Below, in pieces: positions 1 to 10,885 of a DNA stretch of 64,000 bases. The stretch is from the NCBI GenBank assembly GCA_905178155.1, contig CAJINV010000002.1, positions 12,409,621 through 12,473,620 of the forward strand, read 5' to 3'. Both the position numbers and the translations under genes were made by a program. Every line of letters starts with the position of its first letter. Within the stretch, counting starts at the first letter, position 1. This stretch comes from Amoebophrya sp. A120 (taxonomy: Eukaryota > Protista > Dinoflagellata). The notes below the pieces were generated by a model. It did no database searches and was not told the origin of the DNA. It saw nothing but the letters and a program-made list of their open reading frames with translations.

Positions 1-758
1 GCCAGCAACTCGATAGCTGGCTTGCCGTTCAGGGCGCCTGGGAAATTTTTTTTTGCTGTGCATCAACTTGCTTTTCAAAACGTAGGACTTCTCCACCCGA
101 GAGAGCAGGTCGTAGAAATGAACTTTGTTGCAATCGATTGGCTTGCGGCTGTGGCATTCGAATCACAGGCATGGCAAAAAAGGTCGTAATTTACCTTGCA
201 AGAGGTTAATGATGTTGTCAATCATTTTGTCGATTTGAATGTAGTTCATAAAGGACACTAGCGGCTCCACACTCTGGGCCTTGATGTACTCAAATTCGTC
301 TGCGAGCTTCTGCTTGGCCTGTTTTGTACTTTTTCAGATTCGAAATCTTCACGAGCAAGATGTATTCTTACTGAACCGTGGCCATGCACATGCTCCTGTT
401 CATCATGCGCCTTCATCATGCGCCGACGTGACCTTTTCTGGTGCATCTTGCTAGTTACGCGCGCGTCATCGCACGGCTTCAGATGCTACTGCATCTTCCA
501 AAATCGAAAAGTTAAAGTAAGATGGCATTGCATGCCTTTCTCCTTTACCTTCGCGACTATCGTGGAAATTTCCAGTGGACTCGGTTCGTCCTGCAAGAAG
601 CTTCCGTAGTCGGTGTCATCCAGCGCCGTTCGCACGTCTTCTAAAGATTCGCAAGCACCCAACTTTCGGTAGTCATCGGGCGTGAGGAAGCCGCACTTCA
701 GACCGCGGAGGATACCCTCGGAGTAGCCCCCCGTCATGTTGAAAAGGGACTCCTCCAT
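1..758 (-). CDS. VMA6: V-type ATPase V0 subunit d (Vma6/ATP6V0D), 5' part; exons 758-549, 318-195, 37-1 (runs off window)
   Basis: Spliced translation MEESLFNMTGGYSEGILRGLKCGFLT...TDYGSFL...IVAK|AKQKLADEFEYIKAQSVEPL...MIDNIINLLQG|ALNGKP matches the subunit d N-terminus. Both introns are GT-AG and keep frame. Confidence 0.93.
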
Positions 759-1554
759 GGTTGCACGGTTTACTTCAAAAAAAAGCAAATCAAACCATAC
801 AACTCTTTTTCTACTTCTTTGCCTTTGTAGTTACGTCGAAAATTGTAGTTCCTCCGCCGGAGTTGATCTTGAAGCCCCAAGCCTCAGGCTCGTGACAGTG
901 AAAACACGACGAGAAAAAACAAGGCCAAGGAGGGAACTGAAGAAGAAGGAGAAACGATGTATGTATGGTTATCAGTGAGCGTGCAAGAACGACGACAGCG
1001 TCACACTTTGTTCATACAAGTACTTACTTATCTTGTTAAAGAAACAGAAAGTAGAAGCAACTCCATGTTGTAAATCAATGAGCCTGAATGCCTCTGCTTT
1101 CTGTATTTTTGAACACAGGTCACAAAACGAGAACACGCGTCGCCGGTGTGAATAAATCCTGTAGCTGTGCTGTCAATGTTATTTTCGACGGGGTTCCAGC
1201 ACGATCAGATTGATAACTACTCATTCATCGGCCCTCCCAGAGGATCAGTACACTCATAGTGCTGCAGCACGTGCACCAGTCACATTTTTTCGTGCGCTTC
1301 GAGAAGATACTTCGACCTTGGCGGGGTAAATCAACTTCAACTACATCGTGGTGGGCGTGTCACATATTATAGGGAGAGAGCTCCGGGTTTTCTTGGAAGG
1401 GTCAATAGCGCATGTTCTGGTTTGATCGGGCTATTTTCACTTGTGTCCTGCTCCTACAATGTGGTCGGGGCTAATCAAAAAAGACTTAAACGGCGAGGCA
1501 GGCAACCATATACAACTAAGTAGAGTGCTAGACTACAAACGGTCGGCTCGGCGT

Positions 1555-2256
1555 TCATTTCCGCGCAGCCCGGCCACGTCCGCGCTGCCGCGCCGTGCCG
1601 CCGTTCTGCTCCTCAGCGGTCGTCGTTTCTTCGTCACCGTCTGCTTTTCCCCTCATTTCTATTTCTGTCTTTGGCTTGTTGCCGAACACGTGCTCGTCCA
1701 GCACCTCGTCGAGTGATTTGCCATCCTGTAGAAGAGTGTACTGCATCAGCGTTGCACCGAGAACGAGCTGGCAGTACTTTGCACCGGTGACCACACCGTA
1801 GATCTGCCACTCGGGAATCCCGGAGAGCATTCCAGTGATCACCAGGATCGCGGTGGGCACCGGTGCGGGGGACACTTGGATGAGAAAAAGACCAAACATG
1901 CCGTACTTTTGCCCGTAGTCCGCAGCGGTTTCGATCCAGTCCGACCCCATCAGTCCGGTCTTTTCCAACACATACTCGGCGCCCCCGGACTTCATCAGCG
2001 ACATGTAGGTATACGCCGCGACCGTGCTGCCCGTGCAGAGCGTCATGGGACCGATCAAGATTCCCTTCAACCCCGGGTTCGACAAGAGGAACGTGGAGTA
2101 GAGCGTCCCCTGCATCACACCAACGCACCAGATCAGGGCGCCCGCGGTGAGGCTGTTTGTGATGGAAACAACGCAGATCAGGAAGGGAAACCACCAAGAT
2201 TGTCCATACTGGACCACCGAGAGGGCAAACCCTCGAGCGGAATCACGTATCGACAT
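1555..2256 (-). CDS. Multi-pass membrane protein, possibly DedA/VTT (SNARE-associated)-like
   Basis: 233-aa ORF with several hydrophobic segments and KYGMFGLFLIQVSPAPVP...ILVITGMLSG, resembling the DedA re-entrant helix region. Confidence 0.55.
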   Translation of the reverse strand: MSIRDSARGFALSVVQYGQSWWFPFLICVVSITNSLTAGALIWCVGVMQGTLYSTFLLSNPGLKGILIGPMTLCTGSTVAAYTYMSLMKSGGAEYVLEKTGLMGSDWIETAADYGQKYGMFGLFLIQVSPAPVPTAILVITGMLSGIPEWQIYGVVTGAKYCQLVLGATLMQYTLLQDGKSLDEVLDEHVFGNKPKTEIEMRGKADGDEETTTAEEQNGGTARQRGRGRAARK

Positions 2257-2886
2257 TTTTAGATTTTGATGAACAAAAAGTGGCGACGTCGAGTGAGTGC
2301 GTCGAGCTCTAGTTGTTAATCTTTACTGTACTACTACTCCGCCCTCTTAATTCAGGATACTCCTTTCCACCTGAAACGAAAAACAATCGACATCTAGTGA
2401 GAGCGCGATTTCGCGTTTACTCATTATATTAAATTTGGGATCCTGTAGTCATGATGCATCCATACCTTCTAGACTTTCTTTGCAGCACCGAATGCAGCGA
2501 TCATATTGAAAAAGGATCCTCTTGTATGTTGTTGCTCTTCTGTTCGTTGCCAGTTGTATTTGGAAATGATCGACACGTTCAGCTGTTTGATTTTGATGAT
2601 CACGTTTTCCCCCAATAGTCGAATCGTACGAACATTGTAAAGGTGGAGCAGGAGATCTGTCCTGACGACTAACTATACATGCGCTATACGCTCATGCAAA
2701 TGAGCGTAAGCCGACTCTCTGGGGTGTCGTAGTCGTCCGTCACCATCGAAACCGATAGCGTAAGAACATATCATCATAAAAATGGAACAACTTTCAGAAA
2801 GTTCATGCACGTGTACGCAAGCAGCTGCTATAGATGTTCTTTCGCGTCAGTGATTTGTTCCAACAAGACTAGGACCGCTGACACTA

Positions 2887-4584
2887 CTACTCGCGCCTAT
2901 AAAACGCGATGCTTTCCCGAACCCAGGAAAGTTCGCTTTTCGCACGAAGCCTCCGCGTTATCCTCTCGTCAAGCTTGAGGCCCAGGGCTTCGAGTCTTCT
3001 CCTTGATTCTGCTGGCGGTAACGTGTTGACGTGCCCCTCGCCGAGAATGTGCGGAGGCGCCCACGAAATGATCAGCCCATCCTTTGCGAAGTTGTTCAGG
3101 TTTGCCAGAAACTCGGCCTCGCGCTCACCTGGCGGGATGTGCTCGGCAACCTCGATACAGAGCACGAATTGCTTCGAAGTAGAAGACACAGGAGTGGAGG
3201 TCCGTTCGGCAGCTAAAAGACCGTCTTCCTCCGCAAGCCAACCGGGAAGCTGCTTCCGCAAGTCCTGCGTGAGGTCTGCCGCGTGTACGGTACCTCCGGA
3301 AATTTCGTTCACATTCGGCGAGCCCTCGACCGCGTGCGCGACGAAAATTCCGGTATCGTTCAGCCACCGACTGTACCCGCCATCCATGGCCCCAAAGTCA
3401 AAAATTCGAACCTTGGTGCTATAATCACTGTCGGAATCGCTTTGTTCGTCAAAAATGTCTTCCCCAGCCTCCGTTGTTTGCCGGACCGTGTCTTGCACGA
3501 AGGCGACCCCGAGCTCCTGGAGAACGACCCGCAACACGCCTTTGTCTATCAGTGCGGTCTCCGGGAACAGATCTCGGTACAGAAGCGTGGTGTTCGTGAA
3601 CATACCCTTCTCCGCGTCGTGGCCCCAGTGGTGGCGGCTGTCGATGAGGGCGGGCTGCAACTTCGTGATGAGCTCCTCCACCACTTTGCGGCTGGACTCC
3701 ACGACCTTTAGCACGGCAGAAAAATGCTTCTTCGGACTGTTACTGTTCGAGTACATGCCAAGGTCCGCCATCCAAAATTGCAGGTCCAGAAAACTCATCC
3801 AGCCGGTGCGCCAGTAGCGGAACACAGAATGCAACAGATTGCGGACGGAGGAAGCGAAGCAGTGTTTGAAGATCATCAGGAAGTAAGTGACCCTGCTGAG
3901 AAAACCGCTCAGCTGCTCCATCATGGCCTTAATCGGGCCGAACAGAATGCTGTAGTCCGGCTTTACCATCGCGAGCCTGGACGGAGATCCGGAAGAGGAC
4001 GCAGCAGGAGCTGCTGATGTTCTTGGGATTTCGTCTTCTGTGGCCTGCTCGCCTTCATCCGCAGAAGTAGAAACGCTCCCGGTTAAGCTTGCCGGTACTT
4101 CGACTGCCATTCTTGGCGGCGCTCCGGGGGGCTCGCTGTCGACGTCTGAGCTCATTTCCATGAGCCAGGCCACAGTCTCGAAGCCCTTGACCTCGAGCTC
4201 TTGGTGCTCGAAGACAATGCCCTCCGTCGTCGCGAGCTCCGCTAGTATGTGTTCGTGCAGCTGCTCACACCGGGAATCGGTTTTGCTTGATGCAGCCGTC
4301 TCCCTCTCCGTAGTCGTGGTCTGTGCCCATGCGAATCGGTAAAGTTGCTCGCTGTCCGAAGCTCCGACCGTCTTCTGAAAACTTTGCTGGTGCAGAGCTT
4401 GCAACTCCGCGAAAAGCTGTTGGCGCATCGGCTCGCTACCATCACTGGGGGACTGCTGCGCAAGGACGAGGTCGAGGGGGAGGACATTGAAGACATTATT
4501 TGCCAACGGGGAAAAAACAAAAGAGGAGACGATAAAACTGAAATAATTTCGTTTGCGGCCCAAATGCAAGAATGATCGTCCCAT
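2887..4584 (-). CDS. Class I SAM-dependent methyltransferase domain protein with long N-terminal extension
   Basis: C-terminal RIFDFGAMDGGY (motif I), AVEGS, VLCIEVAEHIP and LIISWAPP...GEGHVN motifs. The start codon is uncertain. Confidence 0.75.
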   Translation of the reverse strand: MGRSFLHLGRKRNYFSFIVSSFVFSPLANNVFNVLPLDLVLAQQSPSDGSEPMRQQLFAELQALHQQSFQKTVGASDSEQLYRFAWAQTTTTERETAASSKTDSRCEQLHEHILAELATTEGIVFEHQELEVKGFETVAWLMEMSSDVDSEPPGAPPRMAVEVPASLTGSVSTSADEGEQATEDEIPRTSAAPAASSSGSPSRLAMVKPDYSILFGPIKAMMEQLSGFLSRVTYFLMIFKHCFASSVRNLLHSVFRYWRTGWMSFLDLQFWMADLGMYSNSNSPKKHFSAVLKVVESSRKVVEELITKLQPALIDSRHHWGHDAEKGMFTNTTLLYRDLFPETALIDKGVLRVVLQELGVAFVQDTVRQTTEAGEDIFDEQSDSDSDYSTKVRIFDFGAMDGGYSRWLNDTGIFVAHAVEGSPNVNEISGGTVHAADLTQDLRKQLPGWLAEEDGLLAAERTSTPVSSTSKQFVLCIEVAEHIPPGEREAEFLANLNNFAKDGLIISWAPPHILGEGHVNTLPPAESRRRLEALGLKLDERITRRLRAKSELSWVRESIAFYRRE

Positions 4585-5286
4585 TTCTTATGCACGCTGC
4601 TAACAGGATCAGGATCCCGTTGACGCGCCTGCACCAACTGGTTTATGTTTATTTACTTATTTTGGAGGTTGGTCAAAACGGTAAATAAATATGATAACGA
4701 CTGAAATGAAAACAAGACGCACAAAAACGAGCACTTGAGAGCAGCAACGAAAAATATCGATGATGTTCTTGTTGTAGTGCCACACCGAGGCCGCGATGTC
4801 TTGCGGAAGCGGAAAGCTCCGCTGCAACCCTTGTTCAGTGTCCTGGTTGGAATACCATATAATGCCTAGGTCAAAGCTTGGAAAACTCGGTCGAGCGAGG
4901 TATGATGATCGGGGTCGTAGACGGGCTCGCGAACAGGACCGGCGGCGTACCGAATGGCGTCAGGATTTGCTTTCTTTCTCTTTTTTTTACATGATGACGT
5001 TTCACTCGATATTTGCCATAAGTAGACTCATCAAAGTCTACTAAGTAGCACTGTTTTGTCAAACAAAGAGATTCAGAGCGCCATCGGTCTTGAGCTCAGT
5101 GTTTGTTTTTCAGACGCACCGCATCATCTCTGCAACGTCCTTACTTGCTCACTGGATCGCTGTCGTTCAAAAGGGACTGATTGAAGTTGAGATTGATTGT
5201 CATGCCGTTTCGGAACATCGAGACAACTTTTGCACCGCTTTTGTTTCCTTCATGATCATGCGACTCTGCGAGTCGCCATGGTATAA

Positions 5287-7823
5287 TCACGTATCGCGGT
5301 GAAACCATACATCTCCAAACTTGATGCCGGTGCTGCCACCCGTCGGACAGCGGCCTTGATCGCCGAGGACAGTATCCCAGAACGTCCCGCAGGCCTGTTC
5401 GACTGGTCCTCCTTCAGCGGATGCATGATCCACCCACCAAAAGGCACGAGCTTCAGAAAAGAGACCAAAGACCAGGTTGCCAATTGTGTAATCAGGTTGG
5501 AGCACCTGCGCCTGCGTGGTAGCATATTCGCTGGAGGTCGGTGCGAGTGCGGAAGGAGCGGTCCTAGTACTATAGGAACAAAAGAGTTCCATAGCCTTGA
5601 GCACTGGCAAAAGAAAGACCGTGTACATGGCGAGCACCTCCAAGACAAAGACGAGCGAGGGCCAGAACAGGGACACTGTGACCGGCACAAGGGGGCCGGA
5701 CCGCTTTTCGGACATCTGGCCCTGCCTGAAGTTGACACAGGACTTAAGCACCACAAAGAGGGAAGCACTGACCCAGCCAAACAGCAGCGTGAGCATGCGC
5801 GCGGCAAGGAAAGGCTCGAAGTAATACGCCACACAGACCTCCCGTCTTTGGCAGGAATCCATCGTGCTCAGCGCATGGAATTGTGCCATGTCCTCCACTC
5901 GTTTTGCCAAAAGCGGGTCATGCGGAGTCGGGTCCTCAAAGAAGCGAAACACGTAAGAAACGGAGACGCCTTCCCCAAACACAAGTTGCACGGTTTCGAA
6001 GACCAGCATCAAAAACATTGCCAAGACCACAAACGCGCCGTGCCCGATAGACAAATACTTCTGCGACTGTTGTAAACTCATGCGCGTGGCCTCTGCCTGC
6101 AGTTCGATTTGCTGTGCCCGCGGAGCTGAAATCCTTGCTCGTTCTTCTTCATCAACACTCTCTCCTGCCTTATCCGCTTCTTTCGCACGGGAGGAAGAGT
6201 TTGCTGCCGGTAGTGGCGTGATCTCGTCGTGGTCAAAGGACACGGAGGGAAGACATGCAGTGAGTATGAATCCGCTCGCAGGCACCACGAGAAGCAGCAG
6301 TCGCAGACTCATCTCCAGGTAGGACTGAGTCACTGTAAAGCCGGTTCCGAGATCCGTCACCAGCGAATGCTTCAAGAAGCACCAGGGGCTGTGCAGTTCA
6401 AAGGTGTAACGACTCAGAATCACGAATACGCCAAACATCAGGAGGCCAGACGTGAAGATGATTCCCTCCGGAGAGCTCTGCACTTGGCACACGCTGCTCA
6501 AGGTCCCGTGTTCGTAGAAGTTCCAGGGTAGCAGGTAGAACTCCTCTTCTTCTACGCCATTTAACAGGTGGCCGAGCCCCCGCTTGCGCATCTTCTCGGC
6601 GTGCTCTCGCGTCGGAAACCGCCGCGGACACAGCACCAGTCGCGCGGGAAGCAACGTGATAGACACCGCAGCGAGGTAGGCCAGGCAAACAAACACAGTG
6701 CTGAACAAGGCCTGGCTCCGCATCCACCCGAACAGGAAAGCGACGACCAATTCCAACACGTACTCGTTGGTTGCACCTACGTCGCGAATGCGCTCAAACG
6801 CGGCTGTGGTGTTCTCCCGCAGAGCCAGCGCGAGTGATTGTGTTCTAGAAATGGCTGAGTGGTCCTCCAAACTATCTTCGCGGGCCCGTGCCTCCTGATT
6901 TCCGTTGTCTTCCGTCGGGGCACCCATGTTGATGCGCCCTGTTGCACCCCTCGCTTCCAGCGCGGCCTCATCCTTCTTGTGCTGACGCATAGCAGGGGAG
7001 GGCAGGCGACTGTTTGGCTCTCTCCCGGCTTGCAGTTTCTCATTCTCGACCTGGGGCTGCAAGAATGTCTGTTCCATTTCTTCCATCTTTCGTTCCTGTA
7101 GCAGTAGCTGCAGCTTCGTCTCCAGTTTTTCCACCTTCTGCGCCAATTTCGTAAGAAAAACCTCCGAAGGAGCGCTGCTAGACGATAGCTTCTCCGGGGT
7201 GGATCCATCACCTCGCGACTGCATATGCAGAGCAGCCGCTCAGCGAGTGCGGCATGAGATCCCAATTCGCCATCCTTTACTTGAAGAAGCGCTCCGCCCT
7301 CCGCCTGTGCGACGTTGCCCTGTGTTCTCTGCGCTTCTACTTCACCTGTAAGCAAAAAAAAGTCCGCGCTTCTCTCGGACATCATGTCGCCCGTGGCGTC
7401 CGGGTTTTGTGCGATTGGTTGGAAGACCTCGCCATCGTCTCCGAGGATCGGGGCCGCTTCTCCAATTTCTTGATTCTCAACCTCTTCCTGTGTTGCGGTG
7501 CTTTCCGCGCCTGTCACAAAATCATGCTTGGCGCCGGACCTGCGGGAAGTGCTAGCACTAGCGGATCGCAGCACACGCGCTGCTTCCAGACGGGCACCAG
7601 CGTGTACTTCTGCGTCGTGCTCCACTTGCTCTTCGGAGTAAGAGCCTCGACTCTCTCCGACCGCATGAACAAAACCACTAACGCTTGCGAAAAGGTAGAG
7701 CAGTAGAACCGAAAGATGCAGTCGGAGTCGCAGTCGCGCTGCCGCTCGTCCGCAGCGACGCGCGGAGGCGCACGAGCACGAGAAAACAAACACCGTGGCA
7801 GCAAGATTCATGCTGTCCATCAA
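5287..7823 (-). CDS. Signal-peptide, coiled-coil and multi-TM protein (paralog of 32870-35356; weak Frag1/DRAM/Sfk1 resemblance); exons 7823-7281 and 7218-5287
   Basis: A 62-bp GTAAAG...ATGCAG intron (7280-7219) joins the two ORFs in frame. Motif GTLSSVCQ.Q.S..G.I.TS.L...LSRYT is shared with the paralog. Confidence 0.7.
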
Positions 7824-8267
7824 GTAGATGTAGAATACTTCTCCATAAGTGCAGGCAAAAAAGAATATCTAAAGGTACCTTTTGCCTCCTCTACAGTAGC
7901 CGCCCGAAAAGATGAACAAATCTCCCTCCTCGTCCTCCTACTTTACTAAGACGTCGATGAAAAACAACCCAACATCATCTTAGCGGATTCATAAACATCA
8001 AATCGAAATCATGAAAAAGAAAAACACGTTCGGCAACTGTCGAGAAACAAACGGCATGTGTCCAAACTGCTTCATCACCAGTGACGGTTGGGGTTGAGGC
8101 TTTCCAACCGCACCACCGACGACAAAAAAATCATAAAGTATCTGAGGCTTCACGACAACATCTTAATTTTACAGTGGAAGACTCAACACACAGACACATG
8201 TGTACGAACCATCCTCGGTCCGAAATTGTACAACTGGTATGGCGATTCCGATTTTGCACTATTTCTA

Positions 8268-10256
8268 CTAGCGAAACATTGCCGCTAGCGTATCCAAAAA
8301 GCCCCTCGCGGAGCCGGTAAAGGCGGCACCTTTCTTGTTCAAACTTTCCATTGTGATGTAGGCCAGGCCGCTGGGTTTCTCCACGTACGCGAGGAACTCG
8401 AGCTCATGCTGGTGCAGCTCGCCGGCCGGTATCTTGTAAATGCCGCCTTTCCCATCGTAGCAGGTCTTCTCTCGGTCCACGAGGTAAATCTGCCCCTCGC
8501 CGTCGTAGGCAAGACCCTGCGGACTGATGGCGTCTGCACTGACTTTGACCGGGGCAAGCACTGTTTTCGCGATCTTTTCGCCTTGCTCCGAAGCGTCCTC
8601 CTCGTCCAAGACAGCAGAGAGCTTTTCCCGCGCGATCACCGCGTCCCCGCTAGAAAAGAACGCCAATCGCCTGCCGATGGCGAGGCCCTGATAGAAAGAA
8701 AAAGAGATGTAGTAACTCTTGATTTCTCTCCTTTTCAGTCTCATCACTTTGATTTTTGATGTAGCGTGCAGCATTCCTATCGCTACAGGTGCAGACTCAT
8801 ACTCAGCCTCACCACACCGACCAGTATAGCCTATCGATACATTCTCAATTCAATTTCAAATTGAATTCCTTTTTTTGAATAAACAATTTACATGTTCGAG
8901 CATGTGGCGTGCCAAAAGAACCTCTACCCGTGCCGGTTCCGCTCCGATTTTTGCGTCGGCTTTGACTAGTGATTCCAGGGACTTCTCGCTCGGACTGACC
9001 CGGAAAAACGGCAGGCTGTGCGCGACAGTGGTCAGCGACGAGAGACTGGGCGGCGGTGCTGTCGTGGCAGGTACGGCGGACAGAAAGACATCGCGCGTCA
9101 GCTTTCGGTCACCCGTCCCGTACTCGCGATGCTCCCGCATCATGGGGTCCTTGTGATGCAGAGCGTCGCCCGAATCAAAACTGCTCAGCGTACTGTCGGG
9201 CAGGTTTGACTTTCCCAGTGCTGGCGCTTTTGCGTCTGGCGGGGCGGAGCCGAGGTCGCCGTTCGCGAAGTAGAGATCTAGGTCGTCCGTTCCCACGGCC
9301 CCCGGGGCCCAAACTTTGTTTCCCGACGAGGTGCGGTCCCAGACCAGCGCAGGATCAAATTTCTCCCCGCCGCCAATCTTCTTGCGCGATTGCTTGAAGA
9401 TGCCTCTGAAAAGTTCCGTCGTCATTGTCTTATTCTTCGCGCCAGAATTCGCGTCAGAAGAGCCCTTTGCTTCCTCTGCTCCAACTTGCAAAAATTGGAA
9501 AGTGGTACCAAGCTGTGGATCAAAATCGTCTAACTGTGGACGACGACGACCCGTTCTTGGAGAAGATATTTCATTCACGATCTTGTTCGTTGCACTGTTC
9601 GCGAACGAAAACAACGGCGGTGCGAGTCTTGTGGTTCTCATCGTCTGCCGTTCTTCGCTGGTGTCGCTCGTCCGCAGAGGCCTCCTGCTAGGCAGAGGCG
9701 TCAATGACGGTCTGGGCGATCCCAAGATTTCCTTCAAAACATTCCCGGCGTGCTGTTGTTCTTTTTGCTCGTGGTCATCTTGCTGTGCCTCCAGAAACGC
9801 GGCTCCTTCGGCAGTCGCTGGCGGTGTGGCAGCTGGTGTTTCCACGATAACCTGACCCGAAAAAAACAGATCCCCGTTTGGTGCCACGGCCAGATGCTCT
9901 GCTTCGACCTTGTCCACCGCGGTTTTTGCGATGCCGTCGGTGGTCAGACGTCCCTCTTTTGCTTGTGAAAGGCCGTAAAACAGAATTTTCTGCTGTCCAG
10001 GGTCGGCCACGTAGAGACGTGATATTTCTGGATCGATAGCGAGCCCCGTAGGTCGAGAGAGATTTTCGCGGACCAAAACTTTCGCGGCCTTTCGCACACC
10101 AAGAGGAGGGTTCAAGTGCACGTACGAGAGCTGGGCCAACTCCGGCTGTGAGACGACGAGGTACTGCTCGATTTCCACCGGTCCGTCCGCACCAGCTGCA
10201 GTTGCTGCTGCGAGGAAGAGAAGCCCACGAAGAAGGAGAACAATCCTTGCCACCAT
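8268..10256 (-). CDS. Secreted NHL/YWTD-like beta-propeller protein; exons 10256-8928 and 8687-8268
   Basis: Signal peptide MVARIVLLLRGLLFLAAATAAGA. Repeats LSRPTGLAIDP...LYVAD, SPQGLAYDGEGQIYLVD and EKPSGLA. The GT-AG intron gives PAR|GLAIG in frame. Confidence 0.72.
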
Positions 10257-10331
10257 TTTGCTCGACGTGGTCAACGTGAACGTTGACAAGTTCTTGTAGT
10301 TTCTATACGTTCTGTAAATGCTTCAGCTTTT

Positions 10332-10371
10332 TGCTGGAGGACGTTTCAATCTGCTGGAGGACGTTTCAATC
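10332..10371. repeat. Perfect 20-bp tandem duplication (TGCTGGAGGACGTTTCAATC x2) upstream of the propeller gene
   Basis: Seen directly in the sequence. Confidence 0.9.
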
Positions 10372-10885
10372 TATAAACGCAAAGGTCAAACCGTGCGCAC
10401 GGAAGCATAAGTATATTACTTATCATACACCACACAAGTCAGCTCTAGTTCAGTCCCGCTTTCGCTTGTGAATCTCGCTCGGTGCTTGTGCTTGACCACC
10501 AGAAAATGCACGTACACCACAACACTGCTACGCACAATTTGAATTTACACTATTTCTTCGCTGGTACTACGGTAAGTATGTTAACTAATCGCCTCGTGGT
10601 ACGAAGACATCATTCACGCCAGTTCACTAGAACTCTCGTCTCATGATGGGAACACGCCAAACAAAGCTTGTGAAAGATATACTTAAAGTTAAATTATCAA
10701 GAACATGGTTCGCATTTGTCAATGCCGATGCAAAGCTTAGCAGCTCTAAGACGATGGCTTTCTTTTGCGATTTCTGTGGTGTCGATGTTGAACAAAAAAG
10801 TTTTGCGTTTGGGAAACTGCTATGGAATTGGCACCTATCATGCCTGCATCTGCAACTTCTACCTGCATGATGCCAACGGGAAAAA

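Noticed and set aside
2662-2752. CTGACGA...GAAA as a hammerhead ribozyme
   Set aside because: The bases flanking the two core motifs do not pair to form stem II.
7219-7280. Apparent frameshift between ORFs 6777-7823 and 5287-7224
   Set aside because: Fully explained by a canonical 62-bp GT-AG intron.
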